Assembly: GCA_965203315.1 (NCBI GenBank)
Contig: OZ241857.1
Coordinates: 448,001-512,000 of the forward strand
Length of the DNA: 64,000 bases
Direction of reading: 5' to 3'
DNA from: Nitrosopumilus sp.
Lineage (GTDB): Archaea; Thermoproteota; Nitrososphaeria; Nitrososphaerales; Nitrosopumilaceae
The notes under the pieces were generated by a model. That model was not told the DNA's origin, made no database searches, and saw only the letters and a list, made by a program, of their open reading frames with translations. Positions 33,612 through 41,948 of the stretch are shown here, piece after piece. Each line of letters opens with the position of its first letter. Position 1 is the stretch's first letter. Position numbers and translations under genes: made by a program.

Positions 33612-34468
33612 TTTGCCTGCCTCAACATTCCTAGTGCGTTTGCAAATACTGGCTCTTTAGCTACTTGTAAATTGGATATCGTATCGTTTCTGATCTCTGA
33701 TATCAACTTTGGTATTAATGCTCCTCCGCCTGCACATATTACAGGTAGGTTTGAATAATTTAAAACGACCTTTTCTAATGCATTTGAAATCGTACCTGCT
33801 AAAACTTTACGATACTGTGCTAGCTCGTTATCTCGTCTCTGAAATACAGTACTGTCTAGATACTCTACCATCGAAGTAGATATGGCATCTGTGATATCTC
33901 CAACTCCGTTCATTATAGTCTGACCATACGCAATATCGTCTCCAATCACTACCATTATCTCGGTTGTACCGTGGCCGATATGACATACGATACCATTCTG
34001 TATATTCTCATGTATCAGAGTGGCGCGTGCTTGGTACATCATTCCAAAGAACTTTGGTTTGAATCTCTCTACAACTGCAGCCTTGATCTGTTTTGATTTA
34101 TGTCGAGCTACATAAGGTATACCTGCGACTATAATCAAATCTTCATAGCTCTTTGGAGCATTATAGATGGGTTCTGTATGCGCCTTGAGAACTCTGTCCA
34201 AGGCATGTTGTATCAGAGCTAGATAGTCTCTCATGGATGTAGGCGCACCTCTATACACGGGAGTCTTTAGAACTATGGAGCGAATCGGTTCTAGCTTTAC
34301 TGCCGCATCACCTACTGCATACACTTCACTAGATTGATTGAGATCTAGTTTGTGCCCTCTTGCAATAACTGATGGAAACTTGAACTGTTGTGTACTGGTT
34401 GCGACCTTGACAGTCCCAGTCCCAATGTCTAGTCCAACTGTATTCAGATTCAACAATCTATACAGCAA
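33602..34468 (-). CDS. ParM/MreB-like actin-fold ATPase
   Basis: Phosphate-1 GLDIGTGTVK, FPS, phosphate-2 HIGHGTTE, adenosine AGGGA, ANALG. Confidence 0.85.
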   Translation of the reverse strand: MLYRLLNLNTVGLDIGTGTVKVATSTQQFKFPSVIARGHKLDLNQSSEVYAVGDAAVKLEPIRSIVLKTPVYRGAPTSMRDYLALIQHALDRVLKAHTEPIYNAPKSYEDLIIVAGIPYVARHKSKQIKAAVVERFKPKFFGMMYQARATLIHENIQNGIVCHIGHGTTEIMVVIGDDIAYGQTIMNGVGDITDAISTSMVEYLDSTVFQRRDNELAQYRKVLAGTISNALEKVVLNYSNLPVICAGGGALIPKLISEIRNDTISNLQVAKEPVFANALGMLRQAKCV

Positions 34469-34857
34469 GTTTTGAATTTAAAGCGAAAAAAATACTCCAA
34501 AGATCTTACATAATAGTAGATGAAAATCTTTGAGCATTGTGGAAGATATTTTTGCTCGCAAAACAACCATAACAAAAACCTCCTTAATACAACAAATACA
34601 CTACTAGGCGTAAAAACAGCAAAACACAGCTAACATTTGAACGATAACACGATTAACCTTATCGTCAAGATTAGACGACAAATCGATCTCTGCAAACCAA
34701 AATCAAACCATAGATCTACTATCACGGTGTAAGATTATTCTGGATTTCCTCCTTTGAAAAATGTCTCAATCCGCCAAGAATTCACAAAACTTTTGCAGCT
34801 GTCAAGTATCACCGTGTTTAGTTCAAGGTTAGCTTTTGCTGTCTCAATTGAAAAGAG

Positions 34858-35553
34858 ATGAATCGTACAAAAGAATCCAAACCACAACACAGCACGGACT
34901 GTCCGACATACACACCACCAAACTGTTCACGTGCACTTCCAACAGATACCGAACCAAAACGCAATCTAATAAAATACCTGCCAATCGGTCTGAGTATAAT
35001 TGCCCTAGTATGTGCAATCGTTCTCACATATCCGAACTGGAGCGACAGCGCAACATCTCTACTAGGTGAATTCAAAGAAGGCAGTGTCTCATTTGGAGAG
35101 AGGCTTGAATCATTTGGTAGAGGAACATCAACAGCTTTTCACAACTCTTTCCTACAAGATGAATCTACAGAGATAGAATCTCCAAATGTAGACATAATCC
35201 GTGTAGGTGCAGCTGTAGTAAAACACACAGACAAACCAATAACAAACACAACAGCAGCTAGTACACTAACAAACGCAACGACAGTCAACACAGAAATCCA
35301 AACCAACAATACAAAAAACAAACAATACACAGCATCTAGTACATTTGAACAAGAGATGTACAACTGTCTTTTGCGGACAGGTGGACTAGAAGCAGTTGTA
35401 ATGTGCGAACGAGAAGGTACCATGTACTTTGTTGTGGATGAGCCCCAAGATACAGCAGTTCGATATCAGACCAATCTAACCATTGCCGATGACAGATACT
35501 TTGTCATTTATGAGCAGGGTAGAGAACAACACATCCTCGAGTTGTATCCCTAG
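34858..35553 (+). CDS. Single-TM hypothetical protein with a Thr-rich linker
   Basis: One hydrophobic segment; followed by hairpin tgcca-gtaa-tggca and a T-tract. Confidence 0.6.
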   Translation: MNRTKESKPQHSTDCPTYTPPNCSRALPTDTEPKRNLIKYLPIGLSIIALVCAIVLTYPNWSDSATSLLGEFKEGSVSFGERLESFGRGTSTAFHNSFLQDESTEIESPNVDIIRVGAAVVKHTDKPITNTTAASTLTNATTVNTEIQTNNTKNKQYTASSTFEQEMYNCLLRTGGLEAVVMCEREGTMYFVVDEPQDTAVRYQTNLTIADDRYFVIYEQGREQHILELYP

Positions 35554-35631
35554 AGCTCAGCATGCCAGTAATGGCACATCCTCTCTTTTTTCTAATTTTA
35601 CAATACAATCTTGAAATTTTACGCTACCCAC

Positions 35632-35726
35632 AGGGGCGAGACAGGCGATGATTATTCACCCAGCACTGAGAGAGTTTGACCCCTCTCAATGATGAATCTG
35701 GCGTTGTATGAGTCCTCGAATCCCCT
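35632..35726 (+). ncRNA. Box C/D guide RNA A1 (BHB-flanked)
   Basis: C ATGATTA, guide ttcacccagca, D' CTGA, gagag/ctctc hairpin, C' ATGATGA, guide atctggcgttgt, D ATGA. Confidence 0.8.
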
Positions 35727-35767
35727 ACTTTATAATTCTCACTTTTCGCCAGATTTGGCTTTTGTAA

Positions 35768-35834
35768 AGTGAGGGCGATGATGAGAGAAACGACGTCTGA
35801 CTCTGATGGGCGTTACGATAACTGAGCCCTCACT
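35768..35834 (+). ncRNA. Box C/D guide RNA B1
   Basis: 9-bp stem agtgagggc/gccctcact, C ATGATGA, gagaaacgacgt, CTGA, C' CTGATGG, gcgttacgataa, CTGA. Confidence 0.85.
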
Positions 35835-35868
35835 GTATGTACATTTCTTCTAACTATTAACTGTAATC

Positions 35869-35960
35869 GGGCGAGACAGGCGATGATGAGACGGAGCTAT
35901 ATGAGAGGGCATAGCCCCCTCAATGATTAGAGCCTGTTAATCAGAGTCCTCGAATCCCCT
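35869..35960 (+). ncRNA. Box C/D guide RNA A2 (BHB-flanked)
   Basis: C ATGATGA, gacggagctat, D' ATGA, gaggg/ccctc hairpin, C' ATGATTA, gagcctgttaat, D CAGA. Confidence 0.8.
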
Positions 35961-36001
35961 ACTTAATAATTTTCACTTTCAGCCAGATTTGGCTTTTGTA
36001 A

Positions 36002-36070
36002 AGTGAGGGCGATGATGAGAGAAACGAAATCTGACTCCATGATGAGTTACGACTAGTCTGAGCCCTCACT
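36002..36070 (+). ncRNA. Box C/D guide RNA B2 (all four boxes consensus)
   Basis: agtgagggc-g-ATGATGA-gagaaacgaaat-CTGA-ctcc-ATGATGA-gttacgactagt-CTGA-gccctcact. Confidence 0.92.
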
Positions 36071-36105
36071 GTCTGTACATTTCTTCTAACTATTAACTGT
36101 AATCT

Positions 36106-36196
36106 GGCGAGACAGACGATGAAGAGTAAGAACTCCACTGAGAGTGTTTGACCCCTCTCAATGATGAATGAGTTGCACAGAGTCCTCGAATCCCCT
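36106..36196 (+). ncRNA. Box C/D guide RNA A3 (BHB-flanked)
   Basis: C ATGAAGA, gtaagaactcca, CTGA, hairpin, C' ATGATGA, atgagttgca, D CAGA. Confidence 0.8.
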
Positions 36197-36236
36197 ACTT
36201 AATAATTCTCGCTTGTTGCCAGATTTGGCTTTGTAA

Positions 36237-36307
36237 AGTGAGGGCAATGATGAGTGAAACGACGTCTGACATCTAGTGATGAAAGATAACCTGTCTGAGC
36301 CCTCACT
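36237..36307 (+). ncRNA. Box C/D guide RNA B3
   Basis: Stem, ATGATGA, gtgaaacgacgt, CTGA, GTGATGA, aagataacctgt, CTGA, stem. Confidence 0.9.
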
Positions 36308-36340
36308 GTTTGTACATTTTGCTAGCTATTAACTGTACTT

Positions 36341-36430
36341 GGCCGCGACAGACGATGATTATTAACTCAACACTGAGAGAAGATACTCCTCTCATTGATG
36401 AATCTGGCGTTGTAAGTCATCGAATTCACC
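36341..36430 (+). ncRNA. Box C/D guide RNA A4, degenerate (D box and BHB eroded)
   Basis: ATGATTA, ttaactcaaca, CTGA, hairpin, TTGATGA, atctggcgttg, no clear D box. Confidence 0.6.
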
Positions 36431-36470
36431 ATGTTAGAATTATCCCTTTTCGCCAGATTTGGCTTTGTAA

Positions 36471-36537
36471 AGTGAGGGCAATGATGAGTGAAACGACTTC
36501 TGACTCTGATGAGTTACGACTAGTTTGAGCCCTCGCT
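36471..36537 (+). ncRNA. Box C/D guide RNA B4
   Basis: Stem agtgagggc/gccctcgct (G-U retained), ATGATGA, gtgaaacgactt, CTGA, CTGATGA, gttacgactagt, TTGA. Confidence 0.85.
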
Positions 36538-36569
36538 TGCTGTACATTTCGTCGAGTTATTACATCTAC

Positions 36570-36666
36570 AGGGGCGAGACAGACGATGAGGATGGATAGG
36601 AAATCTGAGGGCGTTTGACCACCTCTCAATGATGAACGAATCACATTCCGAGTCCTCGAACCCCCT
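36570..36666 (+). ncRNA. Box C/D guide RNA A5 (perfect BHB)
   Basis: agggg-cgag-aca-gac, ATGAGGA, tggataggaaat, CTGA, hairpin, ATGATGA, acgaatcacatt, CCGA, gtc-ctcg-aac-cccct. Confidence 0.8.
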
Positions 36667-36725
36667 CATACTTTCTCTACTTATTTAGGTTGAGAATGGA
36701 CACGCTTGAATCACAAAGCGCATAG

Positions 36726-37118
36726 TTGGTCATCGTAAGGACCAAAATTACAGTGAACATATTAAAACTGTTCATCTGTGTAGTCGACACAGCAAAAAAT
36801 CGTCCAAGTGTATGCAGAAATTCAAAGAGCAATGACGGATGTCTAGAATTTCTGCGACAAGATCTCAAGTATCGTGAGGCAAAGTTTGGTCTTACAGATG
36901 ACGAGCTCTACTGTATGAACTTTATCAAACTAGAGCGCAAATACTTTGAGAGAGAATCAAATTTCACACATACACGTAATGAATCTATTACGTCCTTCAA
37001 CGAGGAGTGTGCGAAATATTGTCCTACTCCCTCAGACGTTTATGGGAGTGTACGTCATTTTTACGAGCACTTGGACAAACTAGAGAGAATGCGAGAAGTT
37101 AATCGACAATTCGTATGA
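36726..37118 (+). CDS. Hypothetical protein; may be a pseudogene starting at ATG 36696 with an in-frame TAG
   Basis: 130-aa ORF directly after the array; no Nop or nuclease motif recognised. Confidence 0.45.
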   Translation: MVIVRTKITVNILKLFICVVDTAKNRPSVCRNSKSNDGCLEFLRQDLKYREAKFGLTDDELYCMNFIKLERKYFERESNFTHTRNESITSFNEECAKYCPTPSDVYGSVRHFYEHLDKLERMREVNRQFV

Positions 37119-37285
37119 TCTCAAATCACCTATTTTTTGGTGACTGGACAAAAATCTCATAACCACAATACTCTTGAAAAAGAGCCGACCAGCGGGTGGG
37201 TGTGGAGATAGTGAACCATATTGCATATCCTACTGTACGATCCTAGTTCAAGGAGTGTAGGCTGAGTGTAACAATTGAAAAAAGC

Positions 37286-37894
37286 ATGAGCGACGAAAAA
37301 ACCAACAGACTATCTCGTAGAGAACAGATTCGCAAGTCTCTCAGAGACAATACAAAGTATACGTCGATTCTAACTGCAGGTGTATCGGCACTTGTGATGG
37401 GAGTTATGGCACTACTTGTAACTCCACCAGAACAAGATGCATATGCGCTAGCAATCATGGGAATCGGCATATCCTTTATTATCGCAAGTATCGTAGGGCT
37501 GATAATGGCATCGCAGACAGATGAGATTGCAGCTCGTATTTATGAGCGATTCGACAGACAAGATGAATTAGCAGAGAGACGTCATCAAGAGATGATATCA
37601 GTACTCAAAGAGATATCCAATAAACTAGACGCATTAGACAAGCTAGACAAGCTAGATGTCATGGATAGTAAACTGGACGTCATAGTCAACAACACCACCA
37701 AACTGGATGTCATAGTCAACAAACTAGACACCATAGACAACAACACCACCACCAAACTGGATGTCATAGTCAACAAACTAGACACCATAGACAACAACAC
37801 CACCACCAAACTGGATGTCATAGTCAACAAACTAGACACCATAGACAGTAAACTAGACACCATAGACAACAACACTAGACCATCTAATGCGTAG
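37286..37894 (+). CDS. 2-TM coiled-coil repeat protein, copy 1 (202 aa)
   Basis: Two TM helices, GISFIIASIVGLIMA..ERFDRQ, KLDVIVNKLDTIDNNTTT repeats. Confidence 0.8.
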   Translation: MSDEKTNRLSRREQIRKSLRDNTKYTSILTAGVSALVMGVMALLVTPPEQDAYALAIMGIGISFIIASIVGLIMASQTDEIAARIYERFDRQDELAERRHQEMISVLKEISNKLDALDKLDKLDVMDSKLDVIVNNTTKLDVIVNKLDTIDNNTTTKLDVIVNKLDTIDNNTTTKLDVIVNKLDTIDSKLDTIDNNTRPSNA

Positions 37895-38079
37895 CAAAAA
37901 ACCCAAAATCTTTTTTCTCGACTGAGACGTAAATCCCAAACCCGCATGGAATTTCTAATTTCCCCACACACTAGACTCAGCTAGGCAGGGTGTGCGGATT
38001 AACTGAACCATATCTCATATTCCTGTACGTATAATCTAGTTCAGAGAGTACCAGGTTGAGTGAGACAATTGAAAAAAGC

Positions 38080-38658
38080 ATGAGCGACGAAAAAACCAAC
38101 AGACTATCTCGTAGAGAACAGATTCGCAAGTCTCTCAGAGACAATACAAAGTATACGTCGATTCTAACTGCAGGTGTATCGGCACTTGTGATGGGAGTTA
38201 TGGCACTACTTGTAACTCCACCAGAACAAGATGCATATGCGCTAGCAATCATGGGAATCGGCATATCCTTTATTATCGCAAGTATCGTAGGGCTGATAAT
38301 GGCATCGCAGACAGATGAGATTGCAGCTCGTATTTATGAGCGATTCGACAGACAAGATGAATTAGCAGAGAGACGTCATCAAGAGATGATATCAGTACTC
38401 AAAGAGATATCCAATAAACTAGACGCATTAGACAAGCTAGACAAGCTAGATGTCATGGATAGTAAACTGGATGTCATAGTCAACAAACTAGACACCATAG
38501 ACAACAACACCACCACCAAACTGGATGTCATAGTCAACAAACTAGACACCATAGACAACAACACCACCACCAAACTGGATGTCATAGTCAACAAACTAGA
38601 CACCATAGACAGTAAACTAGACACCATAGACAACAACACTAGACCATCTAATGCGTAG
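38080..38658 (+). CDS. 2-TM coiled-coil repeat protein, copy 2 (192 aa)
   Basis: As copy 1, 10 aa shorter. Confidence 0.8.
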   Translation: MSDEKTNRLSRREQIRKSLRDNTKYTSILTAGVSALVMGVMALLVTPPEQDAYALAIMGIGISFIIASIVGLIMASQTDEIAARIYERFDRQDELAERRHQEMISVLKEISNKLDALDKLDKLDVMDSKLDVIVNKLDTIDNNTTTKLDVIVNKLDTIDNNTTTKLDVIVNKLDTIDSKLDTIDNNTRPSNA

Positions 38659-38843
38659 CAAAAAACCCAAAATCTTTTTTCTCGACTGAGACGTAAATCC
38701 CAAACCCGCATGGAATTTCTAATTTCCCCACACACTAGACTCAGCTAGGCAGGGTGTGCGGATTAACTGAACCATATCTCATATTCCTGTACGTATAATC
38801 TAGTTCAGAGAGTACCAGGTTGAGTGAGACAATTGAAAAAAGC

Positions 38844-39368
38844 ATGAGCGACGAAAAAACCAACAGACTATCTCGTAGAGAACAGATTCGCAAGTCTCTC
38901 AGAGACAATACAAAGTATACGTCGATTCTAACTGCAGGTGTATCGGCACTTGTGATGGGAGTTATGGCACTACTTGTAACTCCACCAGAACAAGATGCAT
39001 ATGCGCTAGCAATCATGGGAATCGGCATATCCTTTATTATCGCAAGTATCGTAGGGCTGATAATGGCATCGCAGACAGATGAGATTGCAGCTCGTATTTA
39101 TGAGCGATTCGACAGACAAGATGAATTAGCAGAGAGACGTCATCAAGAGATGATATCAGTACTCAAAGAGATATCCAATAAACTAGACGCATTAGACAAG
39201 CTAGACAAGCTAGATGTCATGGATAGTAAACTGGATGTCATAGTCAACAAACTAGACACCATAGACAACAACACCACCACCAAACTGGATGTCATAGTCA
39301 ACAAACTAGACACCATAGACAGTAAACTAGACACCATAGACAACAACACTAGACCATCTAATGCGTAG
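38844..39368 (+). CDS. 2-TM coiled-coil repeat protein, copy 3 (174 aa)
   Basis: As copy 2, one 18-aa repeat shorter. Confidence 0.8.
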   Translation: MSDEKTNRLSRREQIRKSLRDNTKYTSILTAGVSALVMGVMALLVTPPEQDAYALAIMGIGISFIIASIVGLIMASQTDEIAARIYERFDRQDELAERRHQEMISVLKEISNKLDALDKLDKLDVMDSKLDVIVNKLDTIDNNTTTKLDVIVNKLDTIDSKLDTIDNNTRPSNA

Positions 39369-39533
39369 CAAAAAACCCAAAATCTTTTTTCTCGACTGAG
39401 ACGTAAATCCCAAACCCGCATGGAATTTCTAATTTCCCCACACACTAGACTCAGCTAGGCAGGGTGTGCGGATTAACTGAACCATATCTCATATTCCTGT
39501 ACGTATAATCTAGTTCAGAGAGTACCAGGTTGA

Positions 39534-39857
39534 GTGAGATATTTGGTGTATGGAATGCCATCCCAAATAGCAAGCGTAGGCGTGATTACGCATGACCGAG
39601 AGAACAAACTCGGTAAACAAATGTGCGCAGATATTCAAGTAGAATATCGGTGTAGAGTCAGCTGTGACGGTAGTTATGGAATGCTCGACATGTATGATAT
39701 CGAGTGTGATGACTGCATGACCAGATGCGAGTCTACATACACGATTCTCTTATTCGATGTGATAAGAGATGACGATTCAGCACTCCTAGCTCGATATCAA
39801 ACTAGAATCGAACTAGCACGACTAAGGCGCATACTAGATTTACTAGAACGAATATAG
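39534..39857 (+). CDS. Small Cys-rich hypothetical protein
   Basis: CRVSC..CDDC; start uncertain. Confidence 0.45.
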   Translation: MRYLVYGMPSQIASVGVITHDRENKLGKQMCADIQVEYRCRVSCDGSYGMLDMYDIECDDCMTRCESTYTILLFDVIRDDDSALLARYQTRIELARLRRILDLLERI

Positions 39858-40634
39858 TCTATGTAAATACTAGTCAAACCAATTTTTTCCTCTATTTTCT
39901 TTGAGGCTTGTACATCTGATGAGATATCATGTGAGTGGTTGTATATTGTTGATTCCACATTACATCTTTTGAAAGATCAGCGTGTTTACCAATCTTGTAG
40001 AACGAGATACAGATTGGTTATTTCATCTGATGATAAACTAGGACATCAAACAAGGTGTCAGTCCCAGAGGGACGAAAAATAGCCATGTCTCATACTCCTA
40101 TCATTTCGAGCCAAGCTAGTGGCGATAGGTTGAGAGAGAAGTGCAGGTGATTGCTATGCAGTTAGAAAGCGTAGATACACTCGTTTACGACGAGTATAAA
40201 CCGCTTGAGGGCTATGCCGTAACGTGCACGTCTTGTGGTTCTGAAGCAGAAGTACATACGCGCAAAAAGACGGGGCAGTCTTTTAGATGCTTTGTCTGTG
40301 AACCACGACGTACACGATTCGGCTAGTTTCCGAGTTCACACATAGTGTGATGATTGACCAATACAAGATATTATATCTCGTAATTGTTACTACACATCTG
40401 TTAGTCACAAGTATAATATCACGTTTGGTTTAACCCATGTATTTTTTTAAAAATACAAAATAGTTTCCAAATCTACTATACCTAAATGGTTAGCTCGATG
40501 TAGATTTGAAACAGTCGTCTGAGATATCAGATAGAGAGACATGTGCCACAAGTATAGAAGGTACAAATGTACACGCGAGTCACCGCTGCTCGGCGGGCGT
40601 CTATACTGTGTGGATATAAAAAGGAGGAATCCAA

Positions 40635-41903
40635 ATGAGCAAATTACACACAATCGTTGGTTTCAAACAGACCAACAAAGTTGTTCATAAATTGAACAGC
40701 AAAGCTGTTTCCAATGGAAGCAGAATAGTCTTGAATAGAGACTATCAAAAGAGTACACGCAAAAACTATAAGAGAATTGGCAAGAAAGAGCAATTCGACA
40801 TACCTGAACAGAAACTGTTGCAAAAGATGCAAAAGTTTCTCTACCAAAATACAACGTACAGAGGCAAACCACGCAAGATCGTCTACAACAAGATAACCAA
40901 AGAGGATAGAATGGTCATAGTGTTTTCTATAAAGGTCACTCTACAGTATGATCCGCCATCGATATGGGCCATAAAGATATTTGATCAGAGTGATCACATA
41001 GTACACTATGAAGAAGAAAAGCCAGTAGAGACATTCAAGGTTATAGTAGGTGTATATGATCAAAGCAAGCTGTACTGTATGCGTACTAGAAAGTTTAGAA
41101 TGCCGACAAAATATGACAAAGTATATGATCCAAACGATCTAGTCAGTATACGTGACAGTCACTTATGTACATCCTGCAACAGATGGTACAAGAGTCCCGA
41201 TTCAGACAAGTGTTTCTGTGGCACTCCACTAAAAAAGATAGAAAGAGTATGTCACAAAGACAACATACAGTATGATGATGAATATTTGATCGAAAAGAGA
41301 TGTCTGCAAGAGATCGAGTATCAATCTGTCGCACCGCGTCGCAGATCATCTAATCGTAGAACAACTGATAGTGAGTTTGTACCACAGTACACAACAAATA
41401 CAGTACTAGACCACTTGGACATAGAACTAGAAGATGAACCACCAGTACCGCTAACAGTACAACAGAGTGCCGCACAGAACAAGCTAGATTACATCTGGAA
41501 CAAGAACTGCGTTCTAGGAAAGACGTGCATCATAAAGCAGTACGGCGAATACAAGATGTCACCTGATCCCGAAAATCAGCAAGCACTACGTTCGCACATA
41601 TACAACTGTACAAAAGATCCAAATCGCAATCTGTTCGATGTTGTAGTTGATGAGACCGAGTCTGTAAAAACGTCCACGATATCATCTACAGATTCACAAC
41701 CAGATCTATATCACAGAGACCCAGAAAAGATAAGAAACGATCTAGTTACACACGACTTTGAACTATCTCAAGATGAGATCGAACTGCTAGATGTACCATA
41801 CTGTACACTAGACTGTGATGGTAAAAACAGATTTTGGAACCTAGTCAACAAGGCTCGTCGCAACCAGAAACAGTTCAACGTTGTATACAAACTTGTACAA
41901 TAG
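40635..41903 (+). CDS. Hypothetical protein with a Zn-ribbon
   Basis: 422-aa ORF, CTSC..CFCG, SD aggagg. Confidence 0.7.
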   Translation: MSKLHTIVGFKQTNKVVHKLNSKAVSNGSRIVLNRDYQKSTRKNYKRIGKKEQFDIPEQKLLQKMQKFLYQNTTYRGKPRKIVYNKITKEDRMVIVFSIKVTLQYDPPSIWAIKIFDQSDHIVHYEEEKPVETFKVIVGVYDQSKLYCMRTRKFRMPTKYDKVYDPNDLVSIRDSHLCTSCNRWYKSPDSDKCFCGTPLKKIERVCHKDNIQYDDEYLIEKRCLQEIEYQSVAPRRRSSNRRTTDSEFVPQYTTNTVLDHLDIELEDEPPVPLTVQQSAAQNKLDYIWNKNCVLGKTCIIKQYGEYKMSPDPENQQALRSHIYNCTKDPNRNLFDVVVDETESVKTSTISSTDSQPDLYHRDPEKIRNDLVTHDFELSQDEIELLDVPYCTLDCDGKNRFWNLVNKARRNQKQFNVVYKLVQ

Positions 41904-41948
41904 AGATGGCGTGTATCTCAAACCCACATCCCATTTTTGAGGATAAAA

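Larger units (their letters stand above)
35632..36666 (+). repeat. Tandem array of about 4.5 copies of a ~237-bp unit holding nine alternating box C/D RNA-like modules
   Basis: Conserved scaffolds and linkers (gccagatttggc hairpin, tgtacattt, tattaactgta); variation concentrated between the C/D' and C'/D boxes. Confidence 0.95.
37271..39539 (+). repeat. Near-identical tandem triplication of a gene-sized unit (about 794, 764 and 710 bp)
   Basis: Identical sequence apart from the number of internal coding repeats. Confidence 0.95.

Noticed and set aside
36310-36644. ORFs 36310-36528 (+) and 36426-36644 (-)
   Set aside because: The frames are not preserved in the other repeat copies; conservation follows RNA boxes and stems
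35632-36666. CRISPR array
   Set aside because: The period is ~237 bp, variable parts are only 10-12 nt and lie between C/D boxes, and no cas genes are present in the window
11906-36725. Stop-codon reassignment explaining in-frame stops
   Set aside because: The interruptions use TAA, TGA and TAG, all of which also end normal genes, and they co-occur with frameshifts and IS hits, so decay is the simpler explanation
35632-37118. Canonical TIGR-Tas locus
   Set aside because: Guides are longer than TIGR spacers, several match rRNA, and neither flanking ORF shows Nop, RuvC or HNH features. An effector acting in trans from outside the window cannot be excluded
37585-39445. Hydrophobic minus-strand ORFs (LLSMVSS repeats)
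   Set aside because: Antisense shadows of the plus-strand repeat protein
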